Part shown: piece by piece, positions 11,461 to 22,937 of the stretch
Position numbering within the stretch: position 1 is the first letter of the stretch
Layout: every line of letters begins with the position of its first letter
Assembly: GCA_047495785.1 (NCBI GenBank)
Contig: JBLDXI010000020.1
Location: 248,001 to 312,000 of the forward strand
Direction of reading: 5' to 3'
Length of the DNA: 64,000 nt
Source of the DNA: Lepidodermella squamata
Taxonomy: Eukaryota; Animalia; Gastrotricha
Translations under genes and position numbers: made by a program
Notes under the pieces: model-generated
The model's database searches: none
The model's input: only the letters and a program-made list of their open reading frames with translations
What the model was told of the DNA's origin: nothing

Positions 11461-14400
11461 TTAAAGTGCTTGATTAGCTGTTCCAGGAAGCAGCCATTCA
11501 ACGTTAGGGGCTGTTTGCACAAAAATACTTTTGTTCGGTGAAAGCACGTCCGTGATGTCCGAAAGGGACAATTGAGCCGACGAATCGAACGCCGGTCCAG
11601 AAGTCTGTGCAGCAGACGAAATTTTCAAGCGCGGCAAGTTGACGAACCCGGCGAGCAACGGAACAAATGAAATCGGCAACGAGATGGTTGAGCCAGAAAT
11701 GAGTGTGATGTTGACGTCATGTGGACCAGAAATAACCATCGACGAATTCGGTCCAGAGTTCCCCGCGACAGACGGAGGCAGAATAGAAGCTCGTAGGCTC
11801 AACGTTGAATTTGACATGTTCTTGACCAAGTAACTTATTGCGCAAGACTTGTACAAAACAGCCCGAGGCGGAACTCTTGCGGCTCGAACAATTACTGATG
11901 GAATTTGCACAGGGTATTCAGGCAAGGATAGCACCAGAGGAACAGTATGCGAATCGGCGGATCCTTTACGCCGCCAGTTAAGCACGATTTGACCGAGAGA
12001 AACAGCCGCTGGTTGGTTTGGAATAGGGGCTTCAATAGAAGGCAGATTGAAGGCTTCGACGAAGGATGTACCGGGTCGAAGGTGCCTCGGCCAAGCGCAC
12101 TCACTGTTCGACGCGGCACACTCCTGCATAGGAAAATCTGTGCTCTTCAGCTTCATCGTAACAAGCTCCAAGTCATGAGGCGACGAACTGCAAAGTTTTA
12201 CCGACAGAATGCTGCGTCGATGTGGGCAATAAGCTGAAGATGCAGCAAGCGTGTCAAAATCTAGCAGGTTGGCTGCGGATAATGACAGGGGAACGATTAC
12301 TGGAAGTGAAAAAGAAAGTCGCACAACTTCGACGACGGCATCATCAATTGACTTCATAGATTCGCAGCGAAGCTGGAGAGATATGTTCAGAACGTCTTGG
12401 GCGGACTGCTTCACGAAAAATGCTTTCAGTGTAAGCTCAGAAGACGGAGAAACAGATGGAATTTTCACCAAAAGATGGTCACTAAGTGAATTGAAGTCAT
12501 TCTGCCCAACGGCTAGTAAACAGGAGCGAGATGCCGAAGAGGAGGAAGATGAAGAAATAAGAACGTCCAATACCATTTCGGCAGTCGCGACATCAGCGCT
12601 TACATTTCTCACTTTTACATGGACTGGATAATGCTCTCCAACTAGAGCTGGCGAAGCGGCCTGGTCAACACTGAGTTCAACATTAGCCTGCCTGGGTTTC
12701 AAACTGCAAAGAAATGGCGATGCAGTTATCAAAGCTGTCGACTGAGATGCCGCGGCAAGCGTTGACGAGGATGCATGGGTGATCCATTTAGGCGGCTGGT
12801 TGCGTTGACGGAGCTTTGAAAATTCTCGCCCGGTCAACGGGTAGCTGGGAAGCGGCGACTGTGACGACGGCAAAGAAGTTGGAGCTGGCTCGTCTCCAAT
12901 GCTCCAGTTGAGCCGAAGAATACCAGATTTGTTATTGGTTACATCGGTAACTTTAACATCCACACACCAGCCAGAAATTGCGACAAAGGCCTCAGCCATC
13001 TGCTCTCCTGTAGGATCGCCGCCACTGCCGACGCCGGCTGCAGCTGCAACGACCCGGTTTGCATCCTCCTTATTCAGCTCGCACGTGAATTCGCGCGTAT
13101 CACATGAATCCAATGCAATGGTAGACGGTTCGTCCAATCGGAAGCAGTTAGCTTTGACGTCAGCGACTTTACTAGTCGCACGAGTCAACGATGCAACGTT
13201 TCCACCTGTCGTCTTGGCTTTGTAATAATGATAAAAGTTAAGATTGATGCCCGCCGACATGATTTCAAACAAGTATTTATTCGCATCCAAATCAGCCGCT
13301 GACCGCCTGATGTAGAGCCGAACGTTAGGAATTTGATCAAGAGTGGCAGATGACGTCGGGAAATGGCTCCAAGCCTGAATCAGACCACCGCTATTGCCCA
13401 GAACACTCACGTCTACATTCAAATGTCTGTCAACGTCAGTAGCGCTTTTAACATGACCGTTCCAAGATTTGACCAGACTTTTCGCAAACAGTTTTTGCTG
13501 ACGTTCGCCGATTTCAGAGCGAGTAACCAGAGCGACAAGAGCAGCTATGGCAGATTCCTGGTTTTCACCGGGAATGGCCGCAAGCTCGAAGCAAATGGAC
13601 GCCAATTCTTGTTCGTAGTCGACGTCAAACTCGTCTTCTGAGCCATTTGATCCAATTCTTGGACATTCGAGCTGACGGAGGAGTGCGACTTTCAGCAAAT
13701 CTGACCACTGGTCTTTCCGATACTCGGCTACAACATTTTTGAGCAGAGATAGTGCCACCCCAGCGTTGGGAGGTACCTTCTCATAGGTATAAACTAGCTC
13801 ATTGGCGGTTTCCCATGACAGCCGAGTACACATGCGTGAAGAGCCTAATTTTCGAAAATGAACGCTGGCTGACGACAGCAGTTGAGTAACAATCCCGGAA
13901 TGGTCGACCGAGGTACGCTCTATTTGCTGTAAATTAGCGATTCCGACAGCTTCGGTGACTGCATCTGGTGGCTCAAGCGATTGGTAGCCGGGACGCCAGG
14001 CCCTCTGGCCATAGTACTCATTGACTAAGACACCATTCGCTGCATCCCCGCTCGGAAGAGTCAGTTGTGGTATTTGACCTTCCATAACAACGGCACCATT
14101 GGCCAGAATCGTACCAGCTCTCGGCAACTGAGGACTAGGCGCCGATAAAATCGCCATGCGACGTTCACGCGTCAACATCGCCGCTTGATGATAATAAACA
14201 CCCGGGTGCTGACTAATCGAAGCCGTGAAACCAGCTGAACGAACAGCTTCCGCAAATAAATCGGCATACATCCGGTATTGACTAGCCAGCCAGGCATAGT
14301 GTTCAAACGCCAACTCTGGCTGGCCCATTCGTGGCCGTAGCCAGTCGACAAGTTTTCGGAAATGTAACTCAGCATCGCGCTGAGACGCATTGCTACCAGG

Positions 14401-15427
14401 CATTAGTGTTAGCGCCCAGATTTTGTATGATATGAACCCCGCCAAGATTTTAATTTCATGCAAATTATAATCCGTTGCTCGGACATCCATAAGATGCGCG
14501 AATGCTTGTCGGTAGTTTCTCAAAGCAGCTTGAATGCCATCGGGCGGCCGTACAAATTCACTGAGAAATCCAGTCTTAAAATGATGTCGTACGAATAGCA
14601 GCTGATGAGTGGTTTTATTCAGAAATTCTCTATGATCCTTCACTTTTCGAATCTCCATCTGAAATTAAACATGATGATTAAAATACGTAAAATCGCGCAT
14701 TGATAATTCTTACCACATAATAATTTTGAGCAAGTTCGAAAAGCCGTGATTCTAGCTTGACGCAACATCCTTGAAGCTGCTCGTTGTTTTGAAGGATGAA
14801 AAGAGAAGTTTGTAATTGCAATCCACACGCGGCGCAAAGCGAAGCGCATCGCTCTTCAGAGATCGCATCGCCTCCAGGTGGAAGAGCGGTGCCTTCTTGG
14901 ATGACAACCAGCACGATTTTTGTGCTTCTACCGGCTAAATTAGTTTGAATCGCTCGAACCAGTGATTGACACTCGCCTTGCTTCTCTCGCCATTGTGGAT
15001 CCTACGTTAGTATACAAGATAAATTATATGCGCTATACTCAAATGTTGAATCAAATACCGCAATCCAGTCAAGGTTATAAAATAGCACAACAACAGCTGG
15101 AACTTCGGATAGATGTTTGCGCATCCAGTAGGTCTTCAAGACTCCCTTCGGTACGTACCATTCATAGGAAGACTTTTTGGGTTTCGCCTTGGGGTACTCG
15201 TAATCGAGAGGCCGGACGACGTAATTAATAGGTGAGCGATCTGACCTTTTGTCGCTCATAAGAATGTCGGATATTGACTTATGAGCCGGATTGTGTGTTG
15301 TATCGAGTCCAGTCAACACAACACATGGCATCGGCTTGACTAGTAGTTCTGATGGTGGGAAATCTAGGTGATTTGACTGGCCCGAGCCTTCGAAAGATTG
15401 GCTCATCGAATTAGGCAGCGATGCCAT
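11461..15427 (-). CDS. TRAPPC11: Trafficking protein particle complex subunit 11 (foie gras/gryzun), 3 exons
   Basis: LTGLDTTHNPAH, SYEWYVPKGVLKTYWMRKHLSEVPAVVVLF, LLFVRHHFKTGFLSE, EIKILAGFISYK, LAFEHYAWLASQY, QHPGVYYHQAA, YYGQRAWRPG. Two short 5' introns, then one 3.2-kb exon. Confidence 0.96.
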
Positions 15428-15620
15428 CACAAATAAATTATATCACTAGAATCAAACATAAAATTAATAGACAGTTGCCTTGATTTAACATCAGTTGGGT
15501 CATAAAAAATTCAGCCGATAGCCTATCTCATCTTGAAAACCAATGATCACTTAACGAGATTTCAAACGAATAGTTACAGAATAGTCACCGAAAATTCACG
15601 GAGATTGTGAAAATCACCAA

Positions 15621-17834
15621 TCAGTCGGCATGTTCACGATTTCGCGCAGAATCGTTCCCATTTGAGCTTTGATTGAAATCATTCAGGCCTTTGCCCTGAG
15701 CCAAACCTTGAACATGTGAAACTATCGCGGATAAGAAAGTTCTGAGTCCGATATAAAGCATTGCGACAAAGAAAAAGCCCGTAGATGAAGACATCAAATA
15801 TGCCAGGAAGAGGAAACCGGCCAAAACTCCAAGTTCACGGCGATCTGCAAGCCATCGAAGTCGGGCGGATTTGCAAATAGCACCGGCTCGGCCGCTAGTT
15901 GGAATCAAACCGTGCGATGAGGCGAAATTCCCTAACAAGTATTGCAATCGCAGCACAATAGGGATATCGGTGCTACGAAAATCAGGCTCTCCGGGAGCTT
16001 TGGGCTCTCCCCCTCGGGCAAATGACGAAAATGATTGTTGACGCTCTGGCAAACGGCGGAACTTTGGAATACGGCCACCACTTTCTTTGTTGCGATCAGC
16101 GCTAGGTGCGCAAAACGACGGGGTTTTATTCATCGTATCATTCAGACAACTCATTTCGTCGACAGCACCGCTCAAGAACGCATTGCTCAGCTGAGTTTTA
16201 GCATTCTTCAACATGTCTTTAGTCACGCCCGAGCATGAAGGGATAGTGGTCTCAATAATCGCTGTTAACTGCTTCACCGCTGCGACAACCGACTGGGAGG
16301 CAAGATTGAACTGTGCTTGAGCGTTGCGGTGGAGCGCCGCTGGGGTCATGGACGGCGCGGAAGCGTTGAGCGCCGTGTGATGATTAGACGGGGTCAATGA
16401 CAAGCGAATCAGAAGTTTTGCCAAGTTATCGGTATCTGTTTTCACGAAATAAGCTACTGTTCCATTAATAGAATAAAAACCAACCTGGAGCACCACCAAA
16501 AACCTTTGCTAGTCGGTTTAGCGCAGCTGCATAGGCAGGACAGGCTACGTTAGCACGAGTGAGATGCAAAAGCATTGGCAAAAGCAGCGTTTCCGAATAG
16601 AAAACTGTATTTTCTGAAACGAAGAGATCCCAAACCGCTAAGTTTTGATTATTAGCTCCCTGGCTGAGTGTTTTGGATGCACGCCATGGAAGCACAACAG
16701 CACGCCAGCATGACACCACGAAGCCGAAAGAGGTATTCTGAAATTATTAATATAATGAATGACAAGATTATTTGCTCTAATAATTACCAAAGGCCAATGA
16801 GTAGCGCAGCTATGCAGAAACGCGAGGAGCGGTTGTTTAAGAGAAGTAAACGTCGTTTGACGCACCGCAGATGGATTTTGACTGCACCACTCGTCAGCGA
16901 CATTAGAGAAGTAGCGCTTAAGAAATCTCCGAACAAAATGTAAGATGACCGTGGGTGGTAATGCGACAGCAGCAAACGAAATGGAAGAAGAATCCAACGG
17001 TGATGCGTAAGGTGCCAGCCAGAAGTCAGCAACAGATTGTATGTAGAGACGAGCGAGGTCAGCAATTAAAGATCGACTCGTGACAAGCGTAGTTCCAGGG
17101 GGTTGACGAGCATTTGATAGAAGGTATTCGCAATATTCGTCGATGAGCTCAGAGTAAATACAAGAAGGAACAGGGAAGTTTGCTGCCTTATTGGAAGAAT
17201 TAGTGATGGAAGGATACGCACCCGATTCTGACTTGTTAAGCAAATCGGTCACATCAGGAACCACCAAATATGAAATTAAACGTAGGATGAAGTAATGCGG
17301 AACCGGCAAAGTTATCATGCAACTTTGCTCAGTAGTGGATGAATTGAATTCAAAATAACGGGCTTGTGGTCGATAGCCCACATCAGAGGGCACCTTGCGC
17401 ATGATGGTAGCGACGCCAGTCGCAATGCGAACTGAGTCTGATTGGGCAAGTTTGGGATCAAACGCAACAGAAACCCAAGCATCCGCAGATTGCCTCAGAG
17501 AAGTAAATAAAACGCCTTGTGTTGATAGAAATCGCATGATTGCAGGAGTTTCTGACTTGGAACGACCGACAGATCCCCAAGAAGAAGAGGCCATTTGTGA
17601 AAGAGCTGCTGGTCCACTAACTAATGGCCAGTGGTTATTTTCGGTGGTAGTCGGTCCAACGGTTCCTTGCCGTTTCATCCATGTTGTATCAAAAATCTGT
17701 AAAAAGGCGTTTTATGAAAGCGCTTACAGAGAGACTTAGTTACTTGCCTCTTCTACCAATCGGGCTAGCCATATCGGCGACATCAGCATGCTTCCCTTGC
17801 ATAACTCATTGATTCGATCTTCCAGAGAACCCAT
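15621..17834 (-). CDS. SMPD4: Sphingomyelin phosphodiesterase 4 (neutral sphingomyelinase 3), 4 exons
   Basis: IWLARLVEEIFD, IYSELIDEYCEYLL, LLAFLHSCATHWPL|NTSFGFVVSCWRAVVLPWR, WDLFVSENTVFY, PDFRSTDIPIVLRL, RLRWLADRR, then a C-terminal membrane anchor; the motif order matches SMPD4. Predicted start ATG 17834; first intron GC-AG 17747-17697. Confidence 0.85.
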
Positions 17835-19225
17835 GGGTCAAGAATCACCGTCAAGAGGTTAATGACGTCTAAAGAAGAGAAACCGATATGAGCACCTGAA
17901 TAAAAATGCGATTCTCCACAAGAATGGCAATCGCTAAGTTTCCAGGAGACAAGAAGGAAGCAGGGAATCAAGGGATCGCAAGCTTGCAACAACTTAGCGC
18001 GCAACTCAAAAGTGAGGTACGCGGGGCGGCAAGATGTCAAGGTCGTTAAGAGTCACAGTCGACATAAGGCCTAAAAAAGATACGATTAAAAGCTTTCTTT
18101 TTCATTTAATGATCAAGCAGCAATACGAAAGGAAAGAAAAGAAAAATAAGGAAAAACCGGAAAACTCGGTTAACATCTCCGTGGTACACTGGATCATCGT
18201 ACCTCATCAGCGCACTGCGGCACTGGCTTCCCGCTCTTCAATTCTGACTTGCCAGTCTGGCTTTCAGGTGTTCCTCCTCCTACAAGCAGTACAGAAACAC
18301 GCTGCCTCCTTTAGAAAGAAAGCTTCAGGTTGGTCTTTTCTGAGCTGCGAAATCGCAGAATCGCGAACCGCTTTTCGCCCTGTGGAGGACGCTTTGCGCG
18401 ATCGGTACGTAGGTGGTTGGCGGTTGTGAATAGCTAAGATTGTTATTCGCATTGCGATCGAGTTCCGCTGCATAGCCCGATTATAAAAATTCTCCAGGGC
18501 TACCTTTTAGCCCTCAAAACGGACTGTGGCGCTCCATCAAAGTCAAGTAGGTCACATTTGTGGACATGTATCGCCCTGACTTCGACGGGAGCAGATCGAT
18601 GTAATCTATTTCAATAGACCAATTGGTCGATTCTGAGGCTCACCCAGTTTGCTATGTGTATACTTTAAATGTCAGAATAAAAATTAAGTCTGTCTTTGGG
18701 GGCGTTGGGCGTTGGCTTCCAATTATCGATTTGTCAACACCCGACTACCCAAGTCAGGTAGTGGCGCGTTACATGTTACACCAGGCACATTTTCATATCC
18801 GCAACTGTCTGGCTCTGTAAAACCAGTCTTTTTATTAGCTATCTTGCTAGGACGTGTAGTTCATTAGGCTTTGCTAAGTAACGGGAAACCTGGATTGCCA
18901 TGACTAGATTACCTGCATGAAATACACCACGCCATTTTTACATTGTATACCTTCAATGTTTGAGAAAGCCCAGCAACCTCGGACTTTCAATTTTTCAATT
19001 GTTAAGCAATTGATTAAAAAGCGCTCTCGTTTTATATATGTTATTGCTATCTACTGTTTTTCTCATGCACACTATGTATCGTTATCCGGGATTCCAAACA
19101 GCTTTTGGAATCTGGCGCTCAGTCGCTCGTCGCCTTGATATTATTGATTTGATCTGCAGTCGTTGTCATTGCTTTCCATTTTAGCACTAACGTAAGCAGT
19201 GATTTTTGATATTAGATTTCCTCAA

Positions 19226-21056
19226 ATGGAGCGGTTGGATGATTCGCCGAGGTTTAATTTGGATTCCAATTTGAATGTGGATGGCAAAATTCATCAGCCT
19301 GTTTTACGCGTTCTACGATTTTCTTCGCAATATGGTTCAGACTTGCCGCCTGAGCCTGCTGATGGATACGGGCCGTTGTCAGCTTCTTATTGCTTGAAAA
19401 ATCTGGAAGGGGAGCCAGTTGTTTATCCTCAATATGGCGATGCCACTAGGGCTGCTGTCTTCAGACATTACGGTGGTTACTGGTCCTCTGGCAATTCATT
19501 ACTTGATCTCAACGACGAATTTGCTTGTACAAGGAGGGTTGTTGAACCTGATGATTTTGTCGATCTATTTTATCGCGAAGCTGTTTATCCGGAGAGTTTG
19601 AAAATTTACGAAACATTCAACTGTGGCCATATTTTTCGAATTTGGGCGGGACAAGCCACTGCGCCATCAGCCATTGTCGAATCTTGGTCTTTGCTGTGGA
19701 TCCGTACCTCTCCTTTGGAAATGCGCGTTAATGATTGGGAAAATCCCGAAGCCGTCATCTTCGAACCTTGCATTAAAAAATTGGACATCCCCGTTAACGT
19801 TATTCGATTGGAGATGTTCACTTTGGGCGCAGATTACTATCCAGAGCTTGATTCAGTAGTTTTGATCGGCTATCCTGATAATATTCATCACGGGGAGACT
19901 GAACCCGATGAGAATCTAATTCCTCGTTTTAACATGTTAAATATCAATGAATCACCCAATTCGGATTGTTTCAGCCTGGACCAACTACCTCCGGAAATAT
20001 TAAGATATATGGTGACCGAATGCTGTGACGAAAAGAGCAAGCTATATATCGCCTTCGCGTTATCAGCTACATGTCGCAAAATTCGTAATGCATTGAATGA
20101 TCCTAATTTATTTAGTACTATCGACTTGCAGACGCACGCTCCCCGGTGTGTCAACCAAGAGGGACTAGACTTCATTATCGCGAGGTCGAGATTTTTGAAA
20201 AAACTTCGATTGTCTTGGCTACCTGGTTCAAAGTATGACTCAGCGTTGTTGGGATTTTGTCTCCAACCTGTTCAAACGTTAACAGTTTTTTGCGCGCAAT
20301 CATGTCCATTTGTGAACGATGAATTGTTGGAATTGTTGTGCACAAATCAACCCTACCTTCAATGCCTTGATTTGGCCAGCTGTCGTCATGTTACGCCTCG
20401 CGGATTTTCAGCCTTGTCGAATCTTCGTAGACTGAAGCGTTTGTCATTGTATCGGACTTTGATCGATCAGTATACAGTTAGGCTGGTATTGAGTTCAATG
20501 CGTAGCCTTGAAGCTGTCAACTTGGGTGCGCTAACTTTGCTGACAAACTGCGACGCTGTTTGCGCGCTCCTGGCGGAATGTTGTCCCGATTCGTTGCGAG
20601 CAATTGATTTTTGGCGCGCTGGCGCCACCCTGACGAATCGTGGTTTAAAAGAGCTTGTCACTTGCTGCAGGAACCTAGAGGAGCTTGACATTGGATGGTG
20701 CCCGAAAGTTGATTGCTTCGCTTATATATCCGAAATGTGCCCTCGAATGCGTCGAGTGATGGCTACTGCTAATCGTTCAGTCTCTGACACTGACCTGGAG
20801 TTATTCGCTCAGCGTCTGCCTAACCTGCAACAGTTGGACCTACTGGGTTCTGGTGTTTCTCTGGAGGTTTGAAATAGAAAATTAAAGCATAAATAAGGCG
20901 AAAATTCATTCAATTTCACAGGCTGTTGTTGCCTTGCTTTCAGCATGTCGCCAAATGAATTATTTGGACATATCGTACTGTGGACTAGAGAACAGTGAAC
21001 TTGACCAGCTGCGGCAAAGTTTTCCGAATGTGCATATTCCCAGCCCTTCGGCATGA
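19226..21056 (+). CDS. FBXL4: F-box/LRR-repeat protein 4, 2 exons
   Basis: VLRFSSQYGS, SYCLKNLEGEPVVYPQYGD, AVYPESLKIYETFNCG, DYYPELDSVVLIG, F-box LDQLPPEIL, then LRRs (IDFWRA, LEELDIGWC, LQQLDLLG). One intron ~20868-20921; stop TGA 21054-21056. Confidence 0.93.
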
Positions 21057-21197
21057 CACGGTTTCGCTGCCCTTGTTATAACACTGCTGATTTATTTATT
21101 TAAGCAATTTGCAATCTTCTGTGATCATTTGCCCGGAATTTTATACGTCATATATTAATGATGAGTAATTTTTTATGCTTTTTAGATCGCTTTTGAA

Positions 21198-22736
21198 ATG
21201 TTGAGTTCGGATCTCAAGCATCTGGTCTACTTTTCAATAGCGACTCGTGTTGCTGTATTTGTGATTCAGTTGGTAGCAAATACGCTGATCCCGGATCACA
21301 ATGCCGATGCATTCAAGCCCATGAATGTTACTCAATTCGGATTTATAGCCGATAAATTGATGGGAGGTTTGGCGAGATGGGATGCTCAACATTTTCTATT
21401 CGTCGCTAAAAACGGCTATATTCTGGAGACATCGCTGGCTTTCTTCCCTCTTCTACCTCTGTTGGCGAGGTTCATCTCAGGGTGTCTGCTCATTTTATTG
21501 GCACCGATTTTGTCACAAGAGGCGCTGTTGTTACTTGCTATGCTGGCTATTAATTGTTATTGTTTCGTGCAATCGACGATTTTGCACTACAGATTTGCTA
21601 GGGACTTGCTGAAGTCACATCAGTTGTCGATGCTGGTCGCCCTCTTATTTTGCATTAACCCGGCCAGTATTTTCATGACAGCGGCTTACACGGAGTCGCT
21701 TTACCACATGTTAACCATGTTCGGCCTGGTTTATCTGCGATCGGAAAAACCGGCACTGGCAGCTTTGTGTTTTTGCCTCTCAGCCGCTTGCCGATCGAAT
21801 GGCATGACTAATGTGATGTACTTGATCCTGTACATTTTGAACGCAAATTACGTCAAGTTAGCAGAGGCATTGGAGCCGAAGAAGGGTCGAAATGTGCTCA
21901 AAAGGGTGTTTTCAGCCGCTTGGATCATCAGCGACTCGCTGGCCTTGTTCGCGTTCCTAGTGGCAGCTTGCATCGCCCCGTATTTCTTATTTCAATACTA
22001 CGCCTATGCAGTTCATTGCTCACATGCTATATCGATAAATCCATCACCTGCTGCCGTGAACTTCGCGAGATTGAACGATTTACGCCTCATGTCGGATGAG
22101 CCGCCGTCAGAATGGTGCAACAATACGGTACCGTTCTCTTATTCATACCTTCAGCAGCACTATTGGGGCGTTGGGTTTTTGTCCTACTTCCAAGTCAAAC
22201 AAATTCCGAACTTCGTCCTGGCAACCCCCGTCATCTTGCTGGCGGGTAACTGCTTATTCCGCGAATTCCGCGAACTTTACGTTCGTATTCAAGCCGCGTG
22301 GCAGGGCGGCTCTTTACGCCTGCTGGCCATGTCATATACGTCTATGCTGATGATGCTACTTGCCTTTCATCTAGCCTTCATTCTGCTGTTTGGTGTTTTC
22401 GTTGCTAACGTACAAATCGTCACACGACTGCTGTTTTCGACTGGTCCTTTGCTGTACTGGTTTGTTGCTCGCATTATTCTCACCGACGCGATGGCTGTGC
22501 CTGACTTGCGGGCGATTTTCATCGATCAGCAGCAGCTGGAGACTGGACCTGGACCTCAGCCGCCGCTGCGGGAGAAATCACGTGGTTTCATGGAAAGTCT
22601 CATGAGAAATCCTCTCATCATGATATTGGCTCATTGGCACCTATTGTCGACGAGGACTCGCCTTATTTTGGGCTACTTCTTGACGTACTTCTTTGTCGGA
22701 ACTGTTTTGTTCTCAAATTTTTATCCATGGACCTGA
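21198..22736 (+). CDS. PIGV: GPI mannosyltransferase 2, intronless CDS
   Basis: LIPDHNADAF, GLARWDAQHFLFVAKNGY, LAFFPLLP, INPASIFMTAAYTES, RSNG, YWGVGFLSYFQVKQIPNFVLA, C-terminal NFYPWT. Confidence 0.97.
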   Translation: MLSSDLKHLVYFSIATRVAVFVIQLVANTLIPDHNADAFKPMNVTQFGFIADKLMGGLARWDAQHFLFVAKNGYILETSLAFFPLLPLLARFISGCLLILLAPILSQEALLLLAMLAINCYCFVQSTILHYRFARDLLKSHQLSMLVALLFCINPASIFMTAAYTESLYHMLTMFGLVYLRSEKPALAALCFCLSAACRSNGMTNVMYLILYILNANYVKLAEALEPKKGRNVLKRVFSAAWIISDSLALFAFLVAACIAPYFLFQYYAYAVHCSHAISINPSPAAVNFARLNDLRLMSDEPPSEWCNNTVPFSYSYLQQHYWGVGFLSYFQVKQIPNFVLATPVILLAGNCLFREFRELYVRIQAAWQGGSLRLLAMSYTSMLMMLLAFHLAFILLFGVFVANVQIVTRLLFSTGPLLYWFVARIILTDAMAVPDLRAIFIDQQQLETGPGPQPPLREKSRGFMESLMRNPLIMILAHWHLLSTRTRLILGYFLTYFFVGTVLFSNFYPWT

Positions 22737-22937
22737 AAGGTCGCATGTTAACTTTGAAAATAGCAATCAAATGACATATACGTGTTTCGTTCCCCGTAAA
22801 ATCGAATTTCAGGTAGCTATTTGAGTGCGTTTCTATTTTTCAGTTTCATATAATGATCATCGCGTTTTTTCCTCATGAATATAAACGGAAGCTACCCTCA
22901 ATACACTCTTTTTCTGATTTTAGGTTTTTTGAGAAAA

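Noticed and set aside
18160-18235. Possible hammerhead ribozyme on - (CTGATGA followed by a GGTAC...GTACC stem)
   Set aside because: The required GAAA after stem II is missing (ACGGAG instead) and I found no stem III or cleavage triplet.
18264-18473. 69-aa ORF as the first exon of SMPD4 or a separate gene
   Set aside because: No SMPD4 similarity and no in-frame splice path to 17834; no recognisable domain.
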